Assembly (NCBI GenBank): GCA_965225945.1
Contig: CBDDBZ010000005.1
Location: forward strand, 1 to 42,848
Reading direction: 5' to 3'
DNA from: Alphaproteobacteria bacterium
Lineage (GTDB): Bacteria > Pseudomonadota > Alphaproteobacteria > GCA-2731375
DNA: 42,848 nucleotides
Every line of letters starts with the position of its first letter. The first letter of the stretch is position 1. This document shows positions 1 to 10,495 of the stretch, piece by piece. The translations under genes and the position numbers were made by a program. The notes under the pieces were generated by a model. It was given only the letters and a program-made list of their open reading frames with translations, was not told the origin of the DNA and did no database searches.

Positions 1-23
1 CAATCACCACGCCACGTGACCCC

Positions 24-2767
24 ATGTCATCACCCGAGGCAACTCCACCCGTCCCGGCCGCGTCGGCGGGCGATGGGCCGCTGCAGTCGGGCCTGGATCT
101 GCTGCCCGACGGGATCGGAATCTTCGACCGGTATCTCGTGCTCGTGTTCCGCAATACGCGGTTCTGCGAAATTCGCGGCTATCCGCCGGAATTCTGCGTG
201 CCCGGCATCACGCTCGACGACCTGTTGCGCTTCAACGCGGCACGCGGCGACTACGGCTCCGAGAACGTCGAGGCCCAGGTCAAACAGAAGATCGAGGAGA
301 TCCAAGCCTTCGAATCCCGCGAGATCGAGCAGGAGACGCCGGACGGGCGGATCCTGCGCGTCCGCTACGACCCCCTGCCGGAAGGCGGCCTCGTGCTCTG
401 CTACACCGACGTCACCGACGTGCGCCGCGCCGAGGCCGAGCTGCAACGCCACCGCGAACGCCTCGAGCTGGTGAACGAGGCGACGTCGGAGGGCCTCTAC
501 GACTGGGACACGGCGGAAAACGTTCTCTACCTCTCCCCGCGCCTCAATCGCATCGTCGGCTTCGAGGAGAAGTCGCTCACCTCCGAGTTCTGGAACCAAC
601 GGGTGCATCCCGATGACCGCGAGAGCTACCGGGCCGCGATCGTCGCCCTCTTCAGGCGGGAAACCGAACATCTGAACTGCGAATACCGTTTCGAGTCGGC
701 CTCGGGCGCCTACGTCTGGGTGCTGGACAACGCCTCGACCGTGCGCGACGAGAGCGGCCGCGTGGTCCGCCTGGTCGGTGCGATCACCGACATCACCGAG
801 CGCAAACGGATGGAGGAGGCGCTGGACCAGGCGCGCACCCAACTGCGCCACGCGATCGAGTCGATCTCGGAAGGCTTCGTGCTCTACGACGCCGAGGATC
901 GCATGGTGATGTGCAACTCCCGCTTCCATGAGTTCTATCCGAAATTGAAAGAGCTCCTGGTCCCCGGCATCCGCTTCGAGGATTACTTGCGCCACGGAAT
1001 CGAGCGCCACGCTTTCGCACCCCAGTACCTGGAGCCCGAATGGCTGCCCGCCCGACTGGAGGGCCGCAAGCAGGCGCGTGGCCTGTCGGAGACCGAATTG
1101 CTCGACGGGCGCTGGCTCCAGATCGGCGAGCGGCGGACCGGCGACGGCGGCATGGTGACGATCTATTCGGACATCACCGAGCGGAAGCAGCGGGAGAAGG
1201 AACTCGCCGAGCTGGTCGAGCGCCTGGGCGTCGCGCGCGACCAGGCGATGGAGGCGACCCGGACCAAGAGCCAGTTTCTCGCCAACATGAGCCACGAGCT
1301 CAGGACGCCGCTCAACGCCGTGATCGGCCTTGCCGAAATGCTGGCCGAGGACGCCGACGACGACGGCCTCGACGACTACGCCGAGCCGTTGCGGCGCATC
1401 CTTCGCGCCGGCCGCCATCTCCTGCATCTGATCAACGAGATCCTCGACCTCTCCAAGATCGAGGCCGGCCATCTCGATCTGCAGATCGAGAGCTTCGATA
1501 TCGCCACGCTCGCCGAGGAGACGGCGGAAACCGCGCGCACGCTGGCCGAGAAGAACGGCAACAAGCTGCTCTGGTCCCGCCCCGAAGGCCTGGGCAGCAT
1601 GCGGGCCGACGTGACGCGGGTTCGCCAAGTGCTGCTGAACCTGCTCTCCAACGCCTGCAAGTTCACCGAGCGCGGCGAGGTCGCCCTGGAGGTGCGGCGC
1701 GAGGGCGCGATGGTCGTCGCCGAGGTGCGCGATAGCGGCATCGGCTTGAGCGCCGAGCAGATGGACCGCCTGTTCGAGGAGTTTTCCCAGGCCGACGCCT
1801 CGACCACGCGCAAATACGCGGCACCGGCCTGGGCCTGGCGATCTCGCGCCGGCTCTGCCGCATTATGGGCGGCGACATCGAGGTCGAGAGCACGCCCGGC
1901 GAAGGCAGCGTCTTCACCATGCGCCTGCCGGCCGAGGTCGTCATCGACGCGGACGCGCCCCTGCTCGCGCCGGCGACGAAATCCGCGGCCGGCGACGCGG
2001 CAGGCGTTGGCGCCACGCGGCGCGTCCTCGTGGTCGACGACGATCCCGCCGCCCGCGCCATGTTGCGCCGCTTCCTCGCCCGCGAGGGCTACGACGTCGT
2101 CACCGCGCACGACGGGCGCGAGGCGCTGGAACTCGCGCGGGCGACGCGGCCGACGCTGATCACGCTCGACGTGACGATGCCGGGCATGGACGGTTGGAGC
2201 GTTCTGCAAGCGCTCGAGGCGGATCCCGATCTGGCCGAGATCCCGGTCATCATGGTGACCTTCGACGAGGACAGCCGGCACGGCTTCGCGCTCGGCGCGG
2301 AGGCCTATCTCGGCAAGCCGGTCGATCGGGCGGCGCTGCACAAGGTGCTTGCCGAGGTGCGCACCGGCACGCCGCGCCCGCTGGTGCTGCTGGTCGAGGA
2401 CGACGCGCCGACCGCCGAGACCATGCGTCGCCTCTTGGAGCGGGAGGATTGCCGCGTGGTCACGGCCGAGAACGGCCGGATCGCGCTCGAGCGGGTCGAG
2501 CGGGAGAGGCCCGATCTCGTCCTGCTGGACCTGTTGATGCCGGAGATGGACGGCTTCGAGTTCATGGAGGCGTTGCGACGGCGCGGCATCGAGGCCGACT
2601 TCCCGGTCATCGTGGGCACCGCCGCCGATCTGTCGGAGGACGATATCCGCCGGCTCAACGGCGGGATCGAGCGGATCATCCAGAAATCCAAACACGGCGT
2701 CGAGGAGCTGTTCGAGAGCCTGCGGCCGCTGCTGGCGCGCCGCGCGCCGCCCAGCCGAGCCGAGTGA
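24..2767 (+). CDS. Multi-PAS hybrid sensor histidine kinase with two C-terminal receiver domains; apparent 1-bp frameshift near 1818
   Basis: ORF 24-2159 has PAS repeats, the H-box [14 protein letters not shown] and the N-box [13 protein letters not shown]. Adding one G at ~1818 restores TTRKYGGTGLGL and joins the frame of ORF 1865-2767, which carries two REC domains (VLVVDDD..LDVTMP; LLVEDD..LDLLMP). Reconstructed length is ~914 aa. Confidence 0.9.
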
Positions 2768-2776
2768 CCCGGAGCC

Positions 2777-3153
2777 ATGACCAAAATTCTCTATATCGAG
2801 GACAACGACGACAACATCTACATGCTGACGCGTCGTCTGGTTCGAAATGGTTACGAGGTCGTCGTCGCGATGGACGGGGAAGCCGGCATCGAGGTGGCCC
2901 GCCGCGAGGCGCCGGCGCTGATCCTGATGGACCTGAGCCTGCCGGTGATCGACGGCTGGGAAGCGACCCGGCGGCTGAAGGCCGAGCCCGAGACGCGCGC
3001 CATTCCGGTCATCGCGCTCACCGCGCATGCGATGGAGGGCGATCGGGAAAGGCGCTGGCCGCCGGCTGCGACGATTTCGACACCAAGCCCGTGGAACTGC
3101 CGCGGCTCCTCGGCAAGATCGAGACGCTGTTGGGCCGGGAGACGTCCTCGTGA
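2777..3153 (+). CDS. Single-domain response regulator (DivK/CheY-like); apparent 1-bp frameshift at ~3048-3050
   Basis: MTKILYIEDNDDN..ILMDLSLPVIDGW..IALTAHAM. One extra A in gggaaagg gives GDREKALAAGCDDFDTKP, ending at TGA 3151-3153. Confidence 0.88.
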
Positions 3154-4193
3154 ACGACTCGGGTCCGCTGATCCTCATCGTCGACGACATCGAGGACAAT
3201 CGCTACACCCTGACCCGGCGGCTGCGGCGCCAGGGCTACGATAATTTAGTGGAGGCCGGGAACGGCCGCGAGGCCCTGGAGATCCTCGACCAGCGGCCGG
3301 TCGATCTGTTGCTGCTCGATATCATGATGCCCGAGATCGACGGCTACGAGGTGCTGGAGCGCGTCAAGGCGGACGATGCACTCCGCCACGTGCCGGTGAT
3401 CATGATCTCGGCGCTCGACGAAATGGAGAGCGTGGTGCGCTGCATCAAGCTCGGCGCCGAGGACTACCTGCCCAAGCTCTTCAACGCTACGCTGTTGAAG
3501 GCACGGGTCGAGGCCTCGCTCGAGCGCAAGCGGCTGCGCGACAACGAGGTCGCGCATCTGGCGGAGATCGAGCGCGCGCGCAGCCGCGCGGACGAGCTGC
3601 TGCACGCGATCCTGCCGGCCGGCGCCGTCGCCGAATTGAAGGCGACCGATCGGGTCGAGCCGCGGCGCCACGACGACGTGGTGGTGCTGTTCTGCGACAT
3701 CGTCGGCTTCACGTCTTATTGCGACCACAACACGCCGGAACGGGTGGTCACGGAGCTGCAGGAACTCGTCGCCCGCTTCGAGATCCTGGTCGATGGTCAC
3801 GGGATGGAGAAGATCAAGACCGTCGGCGATGCCTTCCTGGCGACGGCGGGCCTGCTGCGCGAGGTCGAGAGCCCGGTCGAGGCGGCGGTCCGCTGTGGCC
3901 TCGCCATGACGGCGGCCGCGCGCGAGGTGGAGCCGCATTGGGACGTCCGCGTGGGGCTCCATGTCGGCCCCGTGGTCGCCGGCATCGTCGGCAGCCGCCA
4001 GTTCCTCTTCGATCTCTGGGGCGACACGGTCAATCTCGCGGCGCGCATCACCGAGGAGGCGTCGGCCGGCGCCTTGTGTCTCAGCGAGCAGGCCTGGCGC
4101 CGGCTCGACGGCGCCTTCGAGGCCCGCGCCCGGGGCGAGGTCGAGATCAAGGGCAAGGGACCGGTTGCCCTGTTCGAGATCTCGGGCGGGTAG
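3150..4193 (+). CDS. Receiver domain-class III adenylate cyclase
   Basis: GTG start overlaps the upstream stop. REC domain (LIVDD, LLDIMMP), then LFCDIVGFT, KTVGDAF and FDLWGDTVNLAAR; the Lys/Asp specificity residues are of the ATP type. Confidence 0.92.
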   Translation: MNDSGPLILIVDDIEDNRYTLTRRLRRQGYDNLVEAGNGREALEILDQRPVDLLLLDIMMPEIDGYEVLERVKADDALRHVPVIMISALDEMESVVRCIKLGAEDYLPKLFNATLLKARVEASLERKRLRDNEVAHLAEIERARSRADELLHAILPAGAVAELKATDRVEPRRHDDVVVLFCDIVGFTSYCDHNTPERVVTELQELVARFEILVDGHGMEKIKTVGDAFLATAGLLREVESPVEAAVRCGLAMTAAAREVEPHWDVRVGLHVGPVVAGIVGSRQFLFDLWGDTVNLAARITEEASAGALCLSEQAWRRLDGAFEARARGEVEIKGKGPVALFEISGG

Positions 4194-4250
4194 TCGGTCG
4201 GGAGGGGCCAAGGCGGCGAGGAGAACGATGCGGCCGAGGCGACCCGGACG

Positions 4251-4270
4251 GCGCCGGAAATTCCCGGCGC
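4251..4270. terminator. GC-rich hairpin between the convergent cyclase gene and the tRNA
   Basis: gcgccgg-aaattc-ccggcgc inverted repeat; no clear U-tract. Confidence 0.3.
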
Positions 4271-4358
4271 GGCCAACTCCCGAGCGCTTCCAGCGCCGAC
4301 CCATGGCCGCCGCCGGCTTCAAACAACCTGTTGAAAACGTTGATGAATATTTGGCGAA

Positions 4359-4434
4359 TGGTGACCCCGGTGGGGCTTGAACCCAACATCTCCGGCTTGA
4401 AAGGCCGGCGTCCTGACCTTTAGACTACGGGGCC
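4359..4434 (-). tRNA. tRNA-Glu (anticodon TTC), CCA encoded
   Basis: Reverse complement GGCCCCGTAGTCTAAAGGTCAGGACGCCGGCCTTTCAAGCCGGAGATGTTGGGTTCAAGCCCCACCGGGGTCACCA folds as a cloverleaf; anticodon arm CCGGC-CTTTCAA-GCCGG. Confidence 0.95.
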
Positions 4435-4470
4435 CAGGAAGAGGCCAATTACCCCCTCGGGGGCGGAAAA

Positions 4471-6309
4471 TCAAGCCGCCCCGGATTGGTTGCCTTGGGC
4501 GGTGGTGCCCGCGCGCGGCGTATCTTCGCGCGGATAAGCCACATCCTCGATCAGCAACTGCGCGCCGCGCCGGCCGTTCCAATCGTCGGCCCGCAAGCGC
4601 CCCGCGAGGTGCAACGCCCGGCCGCCGCTTTCGAGCAAGGCTCGGCCGACCGGGTTCGCCGCCGTGCGAAAGGCGATCCCCTTGAGCCGCCCGCCCGCAG
4701 CCCCGGCGAGAATGACGCGGACATGGTCGGCGCCCACGACGTCGGCCCGAACGATGCGCGCGTCGGCCACCGCGAAGCGCGGCTCGGGATGGCCGGAGCC
4801 ATAGGGTCCCGCCCGCTCCAGCATATCGACAAGATCGCGCGTCGCGCCGGCGACGGAGAGCACGCCGTCCAGTTCCAGGGTTCCGGGCGAATGGGACCTG
4901 GCCCCCGATCCTCCGAGCCGGTCCGAGAGGAAGGCCCGGAGGTCCTCGATAGCCTCGGTGCGAACCGTCAGTCCCGCCGCCATGGCGTGCCCGCCGCCCG
5001 AGATCAACAGACCGGCCTGGCGAGCCGCCGTCACCGCGGCCCCGAGATCGATGCCCGGCACCGAGCGGCCCGAGCCCTTGGCGATATCGCCTCGAATGGC
5101 GAGCACGAAGGCGGGGCGATGATATTCGTCCTTCAGGCGCGCGGCGACGATGCCAACCACGCCCTCGTGCCAGGCCTCGGCCGCGACCAGGACCAGGGGC
5201 GCGTCCTCGGGCGTCGCCCGCGCTCTCTCGCGCGCCGCTTCCAGGACCATGGCCTCGATCGCGCGGCGCTCGCCGTTCAGGTGGTCCAGCCGGCGGGCGA
5301 TCTCTTCGGCCTGGGAGGCATCGTCGGTGGCGAGCAGGCGGGCGCCGAGACCGGCCTCGCCCACCCGGCCGCCGGCGTTGATCCGGGGTCCGAGCACGAA
5401 GCCCAGGTGATAGCTGCTCGGCCGGCCGTCGATTCCGGCCACGTCGGCGAGCGCGCTGAGGCCGGTATTTCGCCGCTCCGCCAACACCTTGAGCCCCTGG
5501 GCGACATAGACCCGATTGAGCCCGACGAGCGGCACGACATCGCAGACCGTGCCGAGCGCCACCAGATCCAGCCATTGCAGCAAGTCCGGCTCGCGCCGCC
5601 GCTCGAACCAGCCGCGCTCCCTCAGCGCCCGGTTGAGCGCCACCAGCAACAAGAAGACGAGGCCGACGGCGGCCAGCGTGCCGTGCGGCGAGCTTTCGTC
5701 CAAGCGGTTGGGATTGACCACGGCAAGGGCCGCCGGCAGTCGCGGCTCGCTCTGATGGTGGTCGACGACGATGACGTCGAGGCCGAGGCCGGCGGCGCCG
5801 GCCAGGGCCTCGAAGGCGAGTGTGCCGCAGTCGACGGTGACGACGAGGCCCATCCCCTCCCCGGCCAAGGTCTCGAAGGCCGCCAGGTTGGGCCCGTAAC
5901 CTTCCCGGAGGCGATCGGGAATATAGACCCGGAGCGGCGCTTCGATCGAATTAAAATATCGATGCAACAATGCGCTGGAAGTAGCTCCATCCACGTCGTA
6001 ATCACCGAAAACAGCAACCCGTTCACCGGCCGCGATCGCGCCCGCCAGCCGGGCCGCCGCCCGGTCCATGTCCAGGAGATGCGAGGGGTCCGGCAGCAGG
6101 TCGCGGAGCGTCGGCCGGAGGAAGCTTTCGCCGGCTTCCAGCGACACGCCGCGCGCCGCCAGCACGCGGCCCACCACGTCCGGCACCTCGAGCCGTTGCG
6201 CCAGTGCCAGCGCCAGGCGTTCGTCGAGGGCGCGGCGGCGCCAGAGGCGACCGCCGAGCGAGTGCTCGATAGCGAGGAAACCGGCGTCCTCCGCCACGTC
6301 TGTGCTCAC
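4471..6309 (-). CDS. recJ: Single-stranded-DNA-specific exonuclease RecJ
   Basis: GDYDVDG, VTVDCG, VVDHH, ALGTVCDVVPL, GPRINAGGR and GGHAMAAG (DHH/DHHA1) motifs. Confidence 0.97.
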   Translation of the reverse strand: MSTDVAEDAGFLAIEHSLGGRLWRRRALDERLALALAQRLEVPDVVGRVLAARGVSLEAGESFLRPTLRDLLPDPSHLLDMDRAAARLAGAIAAGERVAVFGDYDVDGATSSALLHRYFNSIEAPLRVYIPDRLREGYGPNLAAFETLAGEGMGLVVTVDCGTLAFEALAGAAGLGLDVIVVDHHQSEPRLPAALAVVNPNRLDESSPHGTLAAVGLVFLLLVALNRALRERGWFERRREPDLLQWLDLVALGTVCDVVPLVGLNRVYVAQGLKVLAERRNTGLSALADVAGIDGRPSSYHLGFVLGPRINAGGRVGEAGLGARLLATDDASQAEEIARRLDHLNGERRAIEAMVLEAARERARATPEDAPLVLVAAEAWHEGVVGIVAARLKDEYHRPAFVLAIRGDIAKGSGRSVPGIDLGAAVTAARQAGLLISGGGHAMAAGLTVRTEAIEDLRAFLSDRLGGSGARSHSPGTLELDGVLSVAGATRDLVDMLERAGPYGSGHPEPRFAVADARIVRADVVGADHVRVILAGAAGGRLKGIAFRTAANPVGRALLESGGRALHLAGRLRADDWNGRRGAQLLIEDVAYPREDTPRAGTTAQGNQSGAA

Positions 6310-7280
6310 GATGGCAACGCGCGCCGGGTGAGATCCTGCTGCGCGCGAATCCAGCGAACCGTCCCGGTGCGCGAGCGCATGACCACCGAATGGGTCGTGG
6401 CGCGACCGCGGCTGCGGCGCACGCCGTCCAGTAACGCGCCGTCGGTCACCCCGGTCGCGGCGAAGATGACGTCGCCGCTGGCCATGTCGTCGCGATCGTA
6501 TTTGCGGTTCAGGTCCTCGATCCCGAGTTTTCGCGCCCGGCCGCGCTCGTCGTCGTCGCGGAACAGCAGGCGCCCCTGGATCTGACCGCCGATGCAGGCC
6601 AGCGCCGCGGCCGCGAGCACGCCTTCCGGCGCGCCGCCCGAACCCAGGTAGATATCGATTCCGGTTTCCGGCATCGCCGTCGCCATCACGCCGAAGATGT
6701 CGCCGTCGCCGATGAGCGTTATGCGCGCGCCGGCCTCGCGCACCGCCTGAATGGCTTCGGCGTGGCGAGGCCGGTCGAGAATACAGGCGAGGATTTCGCT
6801 CCCATCGACCTCCTTGGCCTCCGCCAGGCGGGCGATGTTCTCCGCCGGCGAGTCGTCGAGATCGACGACGCCGTCCGGCAGGCCGCCGCCGACGGCGATC
6901 TTGTCCATGTAGACGTCGGGCGCGTGCAACAACGATCCGGCGCCACCCAGCGCCAGCACCGCCAACGCGTTTCCCAGGCCCTTGGCGGTGATCGTCGTGC
7001 CTTCCAACGGATCGAGCGCGATCGAGACCGCCGGGCCGGCGCCGGTGCCGACCTTCTCGCCGATGTAGAGCATCGGCGCCTCGTCGCGCTCACCCTCGCC
7101 GATCACCACGGTGCCGTCGATGTCGAGGGTATTGAGCACGCGGCGCATTTCGTCGACCGCCACCTGATCGGCCGCCCGCTCGTCGCCCCGCCCCATCATC
7201 GTCGAGGCGGCAATCGCCGCCGCCTCCGTCGCGCGTACGACCTCCAGAGTCAGATTTCGCTCGAGGCTCGCCTCCGCCAT
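6306..7280 (-). CDS. glpX: Fructose-1,6-bisphosphatase class II
   Basis: VVIGEGERDEAPMLYIGE, ALDPLEGTT, GGAPEGV, FAATGVTDG; ATG at 7280 preceded by GGAGG. Confidence 0.96.
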   Translation of the reverse strand: MAEASLERNLTLEVVRATEAAAIAASTMMGRGDERAADQVAVDEMRRVLNTLDIDGTVVIGEGERDEAPMLYIGEKVGTGAGPAVSIALDPLEGTTITAKGLGNALAVLALGGAGSLLHAPDVYMDKIAVGGGLPDGVVDLDDSPAENIARLAEAKEVDGSEILACILDRPRHAEAIQAVREAGARITLIGDGDIFGVMATAMPETGIDIYLGSGGAPEGVLAAAALACIGGQIQGRLLFRDDDERGRARKLGIEDLNRKYDRDDMASGDVIFAATGVTDGALLDGVRRSRGRATTHSVVMRSRTGTVRWIRAQQDLTRRALPS

Positions 7281-7378
7281 TCGTTCATTTCCTCCCCTAG
7301 ACAAGGCCTCTCATTTTCCAAACGAATGCCAAACGAAGCGCCGGGGGAACCGGCGGGTTTCATCGAATTTGAAACACT

Positions 7379-8677
7379 CTAGAGCATTTCGATACGGATC
7401 ATTTTGGGCACCGTTTGCACCACCTGCAAAGCGCCGATTTGCGCCAACGCCCGCGCCATCGCCGCCGCCGTCGTCTCATGCGTGATGAGGATCACCGCAC
7501 CTCCGACCGGCTCGCCCGGCGCCCTGCCTCGCTGCAGCAGGGATTCGATGGAAATTTCCTCGTCCCGCAGGATCGCCGAGATCTCGGCGATGACGCCGGG
7601 CCGGTCGACCACGGTCAGGCGGATGTAGTGGGCGCCGACGCGCCGGTCCGGATCGGCCCTAGGCAGCCGCTCGAGGTCCGTCGCCGGCACCGAGAAGGTC
7701 GGCGGGCGATTGCCCCTGGCAATGTCCATGATGTCGGCGACCACCGCCGAGGCGGTGGGACCCGCTCCCGCGCCGCGCCCCTCGTAGACCGTGCGGTCGA
7801 CGAAATCGCCCTCGGCGACGACCGCGTTGAAGACGCCGTTGACGGCGGCGATCGGCGTTGCCTCGCCGACCATGCAGGGATGCACCCGCTGCTCGATCCC
7901 GTCTGCCGCGCGGCGCGCGATCGCCAGCAGCTTGATGCGATAGCCGAGCTCGCGCGCGAAGGCGATGTCGAGCGCCTCCACCTCAGCGATACCCTCGATC
8001 TCGATGGCGTCGAAATCGACCGGCATGCCGAAGGCGAGGCTCGCCATGATCGCCAACTTGTGGGCCGCATCGATGCCGTCGATATCGAAGCTCGGGTCCG
8101 CCTCGGCGTAGCCCAACGCCTGCGCATCCGCCAGGATCTCGCTAAATTCGCCGCCCGTCTCCTGCATTTCCGTCAGGATGTAATTGCAAGTGCCGTTCAA
8201 TATCCCGTAGACGCGATCGATCCGATTGCCGGCCAGCCCCTCCCGCATCGCTTTCACGATCGGGATGCCGCCGGCGACGGCCGCCTCGTAGTCGAGCGCG
8301 ACGCCCTGTGCCTCGGCCGCCAGCGCGAGGCTCTCGCCATGGCGCGCCAGCAGGGCCTTGTTCGCGGTGACGACATCGCGCCCCGCCGCGATCGCCGCCT
8401 CGACGACCGCCTTGGCGATGCCGTCCTCGCCGCCGATCAGTTCGACGACGACATCCACGTCGGCCGTCGCCGCCATGTGGTCGGCGTCGTCGAACCATTG
8501 GTAGGCGCTAATGTCGACGCCGCGATCACGGCCTCGATCGCGGGCGGAGACAGCCCGAATTTCGATTTCGCGGCCGGCTCGCTTGGCCATCAGTTCGGTT
8601 TGCGTCTGGATCAACTCGACGACGCCGGCCCCGACGGTCCCGAGTCCGGCGATTGCCAGCTTAACGGCCTCGGGCAC
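7379..8677 (-). CDS. hom: Homoserine dehydrogenase with C-terminal ACT domain
   Basis: GLGTVG, VVTANK, YEAAVAGGIP, GILNGTCNYIL, GYAEADP, GAGAGPTASAV; ACT start DRPGVIA. Confidence 0.97.
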   Translation of the reverse strand: MPEAVKLAIAGLGTVGAGVVELIQTQTELMAKRAGREIEIRAVSARDRGRDRGVDISAYQWFDDADHMAATADVDVVVELIGGEDGIAKAVVEAAIAAGRDVVTANKALLARHGESLALAAEAQGVALDYEAAVAGGIPIVKAMREGLAGNRIDRVYGILNGTCNYILTEMQETGGEFSEILADAQALGYAEADPSFDIDGIDAAHKLAIMASLAFGMPVDFDAIEIEGIAEVEALDIAFARELGYRIKLLAIARRAADGIEQRVHPCMVGEATPIAAVNGVFNAVVAEGDFVDRTVYEGRGAGAGPTASAVVADIMDIARGNRPPTFSVPATDLERLPRADPDRRVGAHYIRLTVVDRPGVIAEISAILRDEEISIESLLQRGRAPGEPVGGAVILITHETTAAAMARALAQIGALQVVQTVPKMIRIEML

Positions 8678-8759
8678 CTCATAGTCCCTTCCAGGTCACC
8701 TTCGGGAGCGCTTCGATTCCTGCTCGCTCGACGCGATCTTTATGACCGATTCGCCGAAC

Positions 8760-10283
8760 CTATTCGAGAAAGATTTCCACGCGACGATTTTCCGCCTCGC
8801 CCCCCGGCATGGTCTCGTAGTAACGCGGCTGCGTGTCCGCCACCGCCTCCACGATCAGCCGCTCGGAGGGCACGCCACGGCGTAGCAATTCCCGAGCCAC
8901 GGCATTGGCGCGATCGACGGAGACGTTGAAGTTGGCGCGGACGTGACGGGCCTGGCTCATGTTCCCGGTGCGATGACTGGCATGGCCGACGATCCTGACG
9001 TAGCCCGAATAGGCTTTCAGGTTGGCCGCCAACGCCTTGATGTCGCGGCGCGACTTGGCCCCGAGGCGGCTGCCGCCATGGGTGAAGAGAACCATCAACG
9101 CTGGTCCGCCGGAGATGCCGGCGCTGGCGCCGAAGCTCGCGGGCGCGGCGGAGCTGATGATCATCGTGCCATCGGCCGTCATCGTCTGGCTGACGTTGCC
9201 CGCCGCCTGCTGTGCGAGGTTTTGCGCGTAAACCCGGCTCAACAGGCTCTGATCCCCCGCGATCGGCAGGGCGGGCGCGGCCGCCGCCGTCGTCATGCCG
9301 CCGGTGAGCGGTGCCGGAGGCGGAGTCGGATTGCCATAAGGGATCGGCGGCGGCGGGGCGTCGGAGCCGGGCGCGGCCGTCGCCGAGGAGATCGGCGGTA
9401 AGGATGGCGGCGCGGCGGCAACGCTCGTCGCATCGGCCTCGGCGTTCGATGCCGGCGGCTGGTCCGAGCCGAGTGACGGATAGGGCGGTGGCGGGGAGGT
9501 CACGATCGGCGGCGGCGTCTGGCGGCGCTTTGGCCGGGGAAAGATCACCGGCGCGGCGTTGCCGTCCCGACCGGGACGCTGGACGATGCTCGGCACCGAC
9601 GATTGCGAGACCGGTGGCAGTGGCGGCATCGCCCTGGCGGTCTTCATCGGCGCGTCGTCAGCCGGCGGCAATGGCGGTGGCGGCGGCGCGGTCTGGGTGG
9701 TCCGCGCCGTACTCTCCTCGCGGGTCGCGGATGGCGGCGGCGGGACGGGGGCGCGAACCTCCTGGGAATCCGTGGCCGATGGTGGCGCCGGCGGCGGCGG
9801 CGCGGAAGCGACTCTATCGGAAGCGGTGGATGCCGATTTCGACGGTGGCGCGGGAGGCGGCGGCGGCGGTGCCGAGGCCGGATTCGCGCGTAGCGTGGTT
9901 TCGGTATAGCGCGCGTTTTGCGTGTCGGCGGCCAGGCCGCTCGACGAGCTGGTCCGGGTGCTCGGCAAGGCCTCGGTTTGCGGGCTCGACGTCGCTCGAG
10001 CCGCGTCGGGCAGCGGCGCGCTTTCGGACTTCGCCGTCACCGGGGCCGGTTCCGCTCCGACGACGGTGTCGGGCAGCGGCGCGCTTTCGGACTTCGCCGT
10101 CACCGGGGCCGGTTCCGCTCCGACGAGATTATCGTACCAGGTCGAGTGATTGGCCCACTCTGGTGCGCTGGAGCAGCCGCTCAACGCCAACAACAGAGCC
10201 AATGCCGTCGATGCCGATGCCGCCAGACGCCCACGCGGGCCGTCGCCCGACGGACATTGGTATTCGGGTTTCGCACCCATCAT
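8760..10283 (-). CDS. Proline-rich lipoprotein with C-terminal OmpA-like peptidoglycan-binding domain
   Basis: Hydrophobic stretch ending in lipobox LSGC; long Pro/Ala/Ser linker; C-terminal VRIVGHAS..RANAV..ENRRVEIF. Start codon uncertain. Confidence 0.82.
   Translation of the reverse strand: MMGAKPEYQCPSGDGPRGRLAASASTALALLLALSGCSSAPEWANHSTWYDNLVGAEPAPVTAKSESAPLPDTVVGAEPAPVTAKSESAPLPDAARATSSPQTEALPSTRTSSSSGLAADTQNARYTETTLRANPASAPPPPPPAPPSKSASTASDRVASAPPPPAPPSATDSQEVRAPVPPPPSATREESTARTTQTAPPPPPLPPADDAPMKTARAMPPLPPVSQSSVPSIVQRPGRDGNAAPVIFPRPKRRQTPPPIVTSPPPPYPSLGSDQPPASNAEADATSVAAAPPSLPPISSATAAPGSDAPPPPIPYGNPTPPPAPLTGGMTTAAAAPALPIAGDQSLLSRVYAQNLAQQAAGNVSQTMTADGTMIISSAAPASFGASAGISGGPALMVLFTHGGSRLGAKSRRDIKALAANLKAYSGYVRIVGHASHRTGNMSQARHVRANFNVSVDRANAVARELLRRGVPSERLIVEAVADTQPRYYETMPGGEAENRRVEIFLE
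10005..10126. repeat. In-frame tandem duplication (59 nt identical, 63-nt period)
   Basis: 10005-10063 is identical to 10068-10126 and encodes VGAEPAPVTAKSESAPLPD twice. Confidence 0.95.
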
Positions 10284-10495
10284 GTCTCGCTTCCTCCCAC
10301 GGGCCGTCGTCGTATCGCCTCGACGCTATTTGTCTCGACGTCATTATTGTGCAGTGCAGCATAATGTCTTATAGTGCTGCGTCGAGACCGGCCGAGCAAC
10401 CGAGCCCGTCCTTATTCTATGGTCTCTCCCGGGTGCGTCAATCGTCGCCTCGCGGGCGCGATCGGGCCAATGCGGAACTTTTGAAGGTATTTGAT

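Noticed and set aside
4359-4434. tRNA-Sec, or an island integrated at this tRNA
   Set aside because: The anticodon is TTC with a short variable loop; I saw no duplicated tRNA 3' end or integrase in the window.
9311-10495. N-terminal 395 aa of the 996-aa phaC ORF
   Set aside because: It is antisense to the OmpA gene and low in complexity; PhaC-like sequence begins near ATG 10496.
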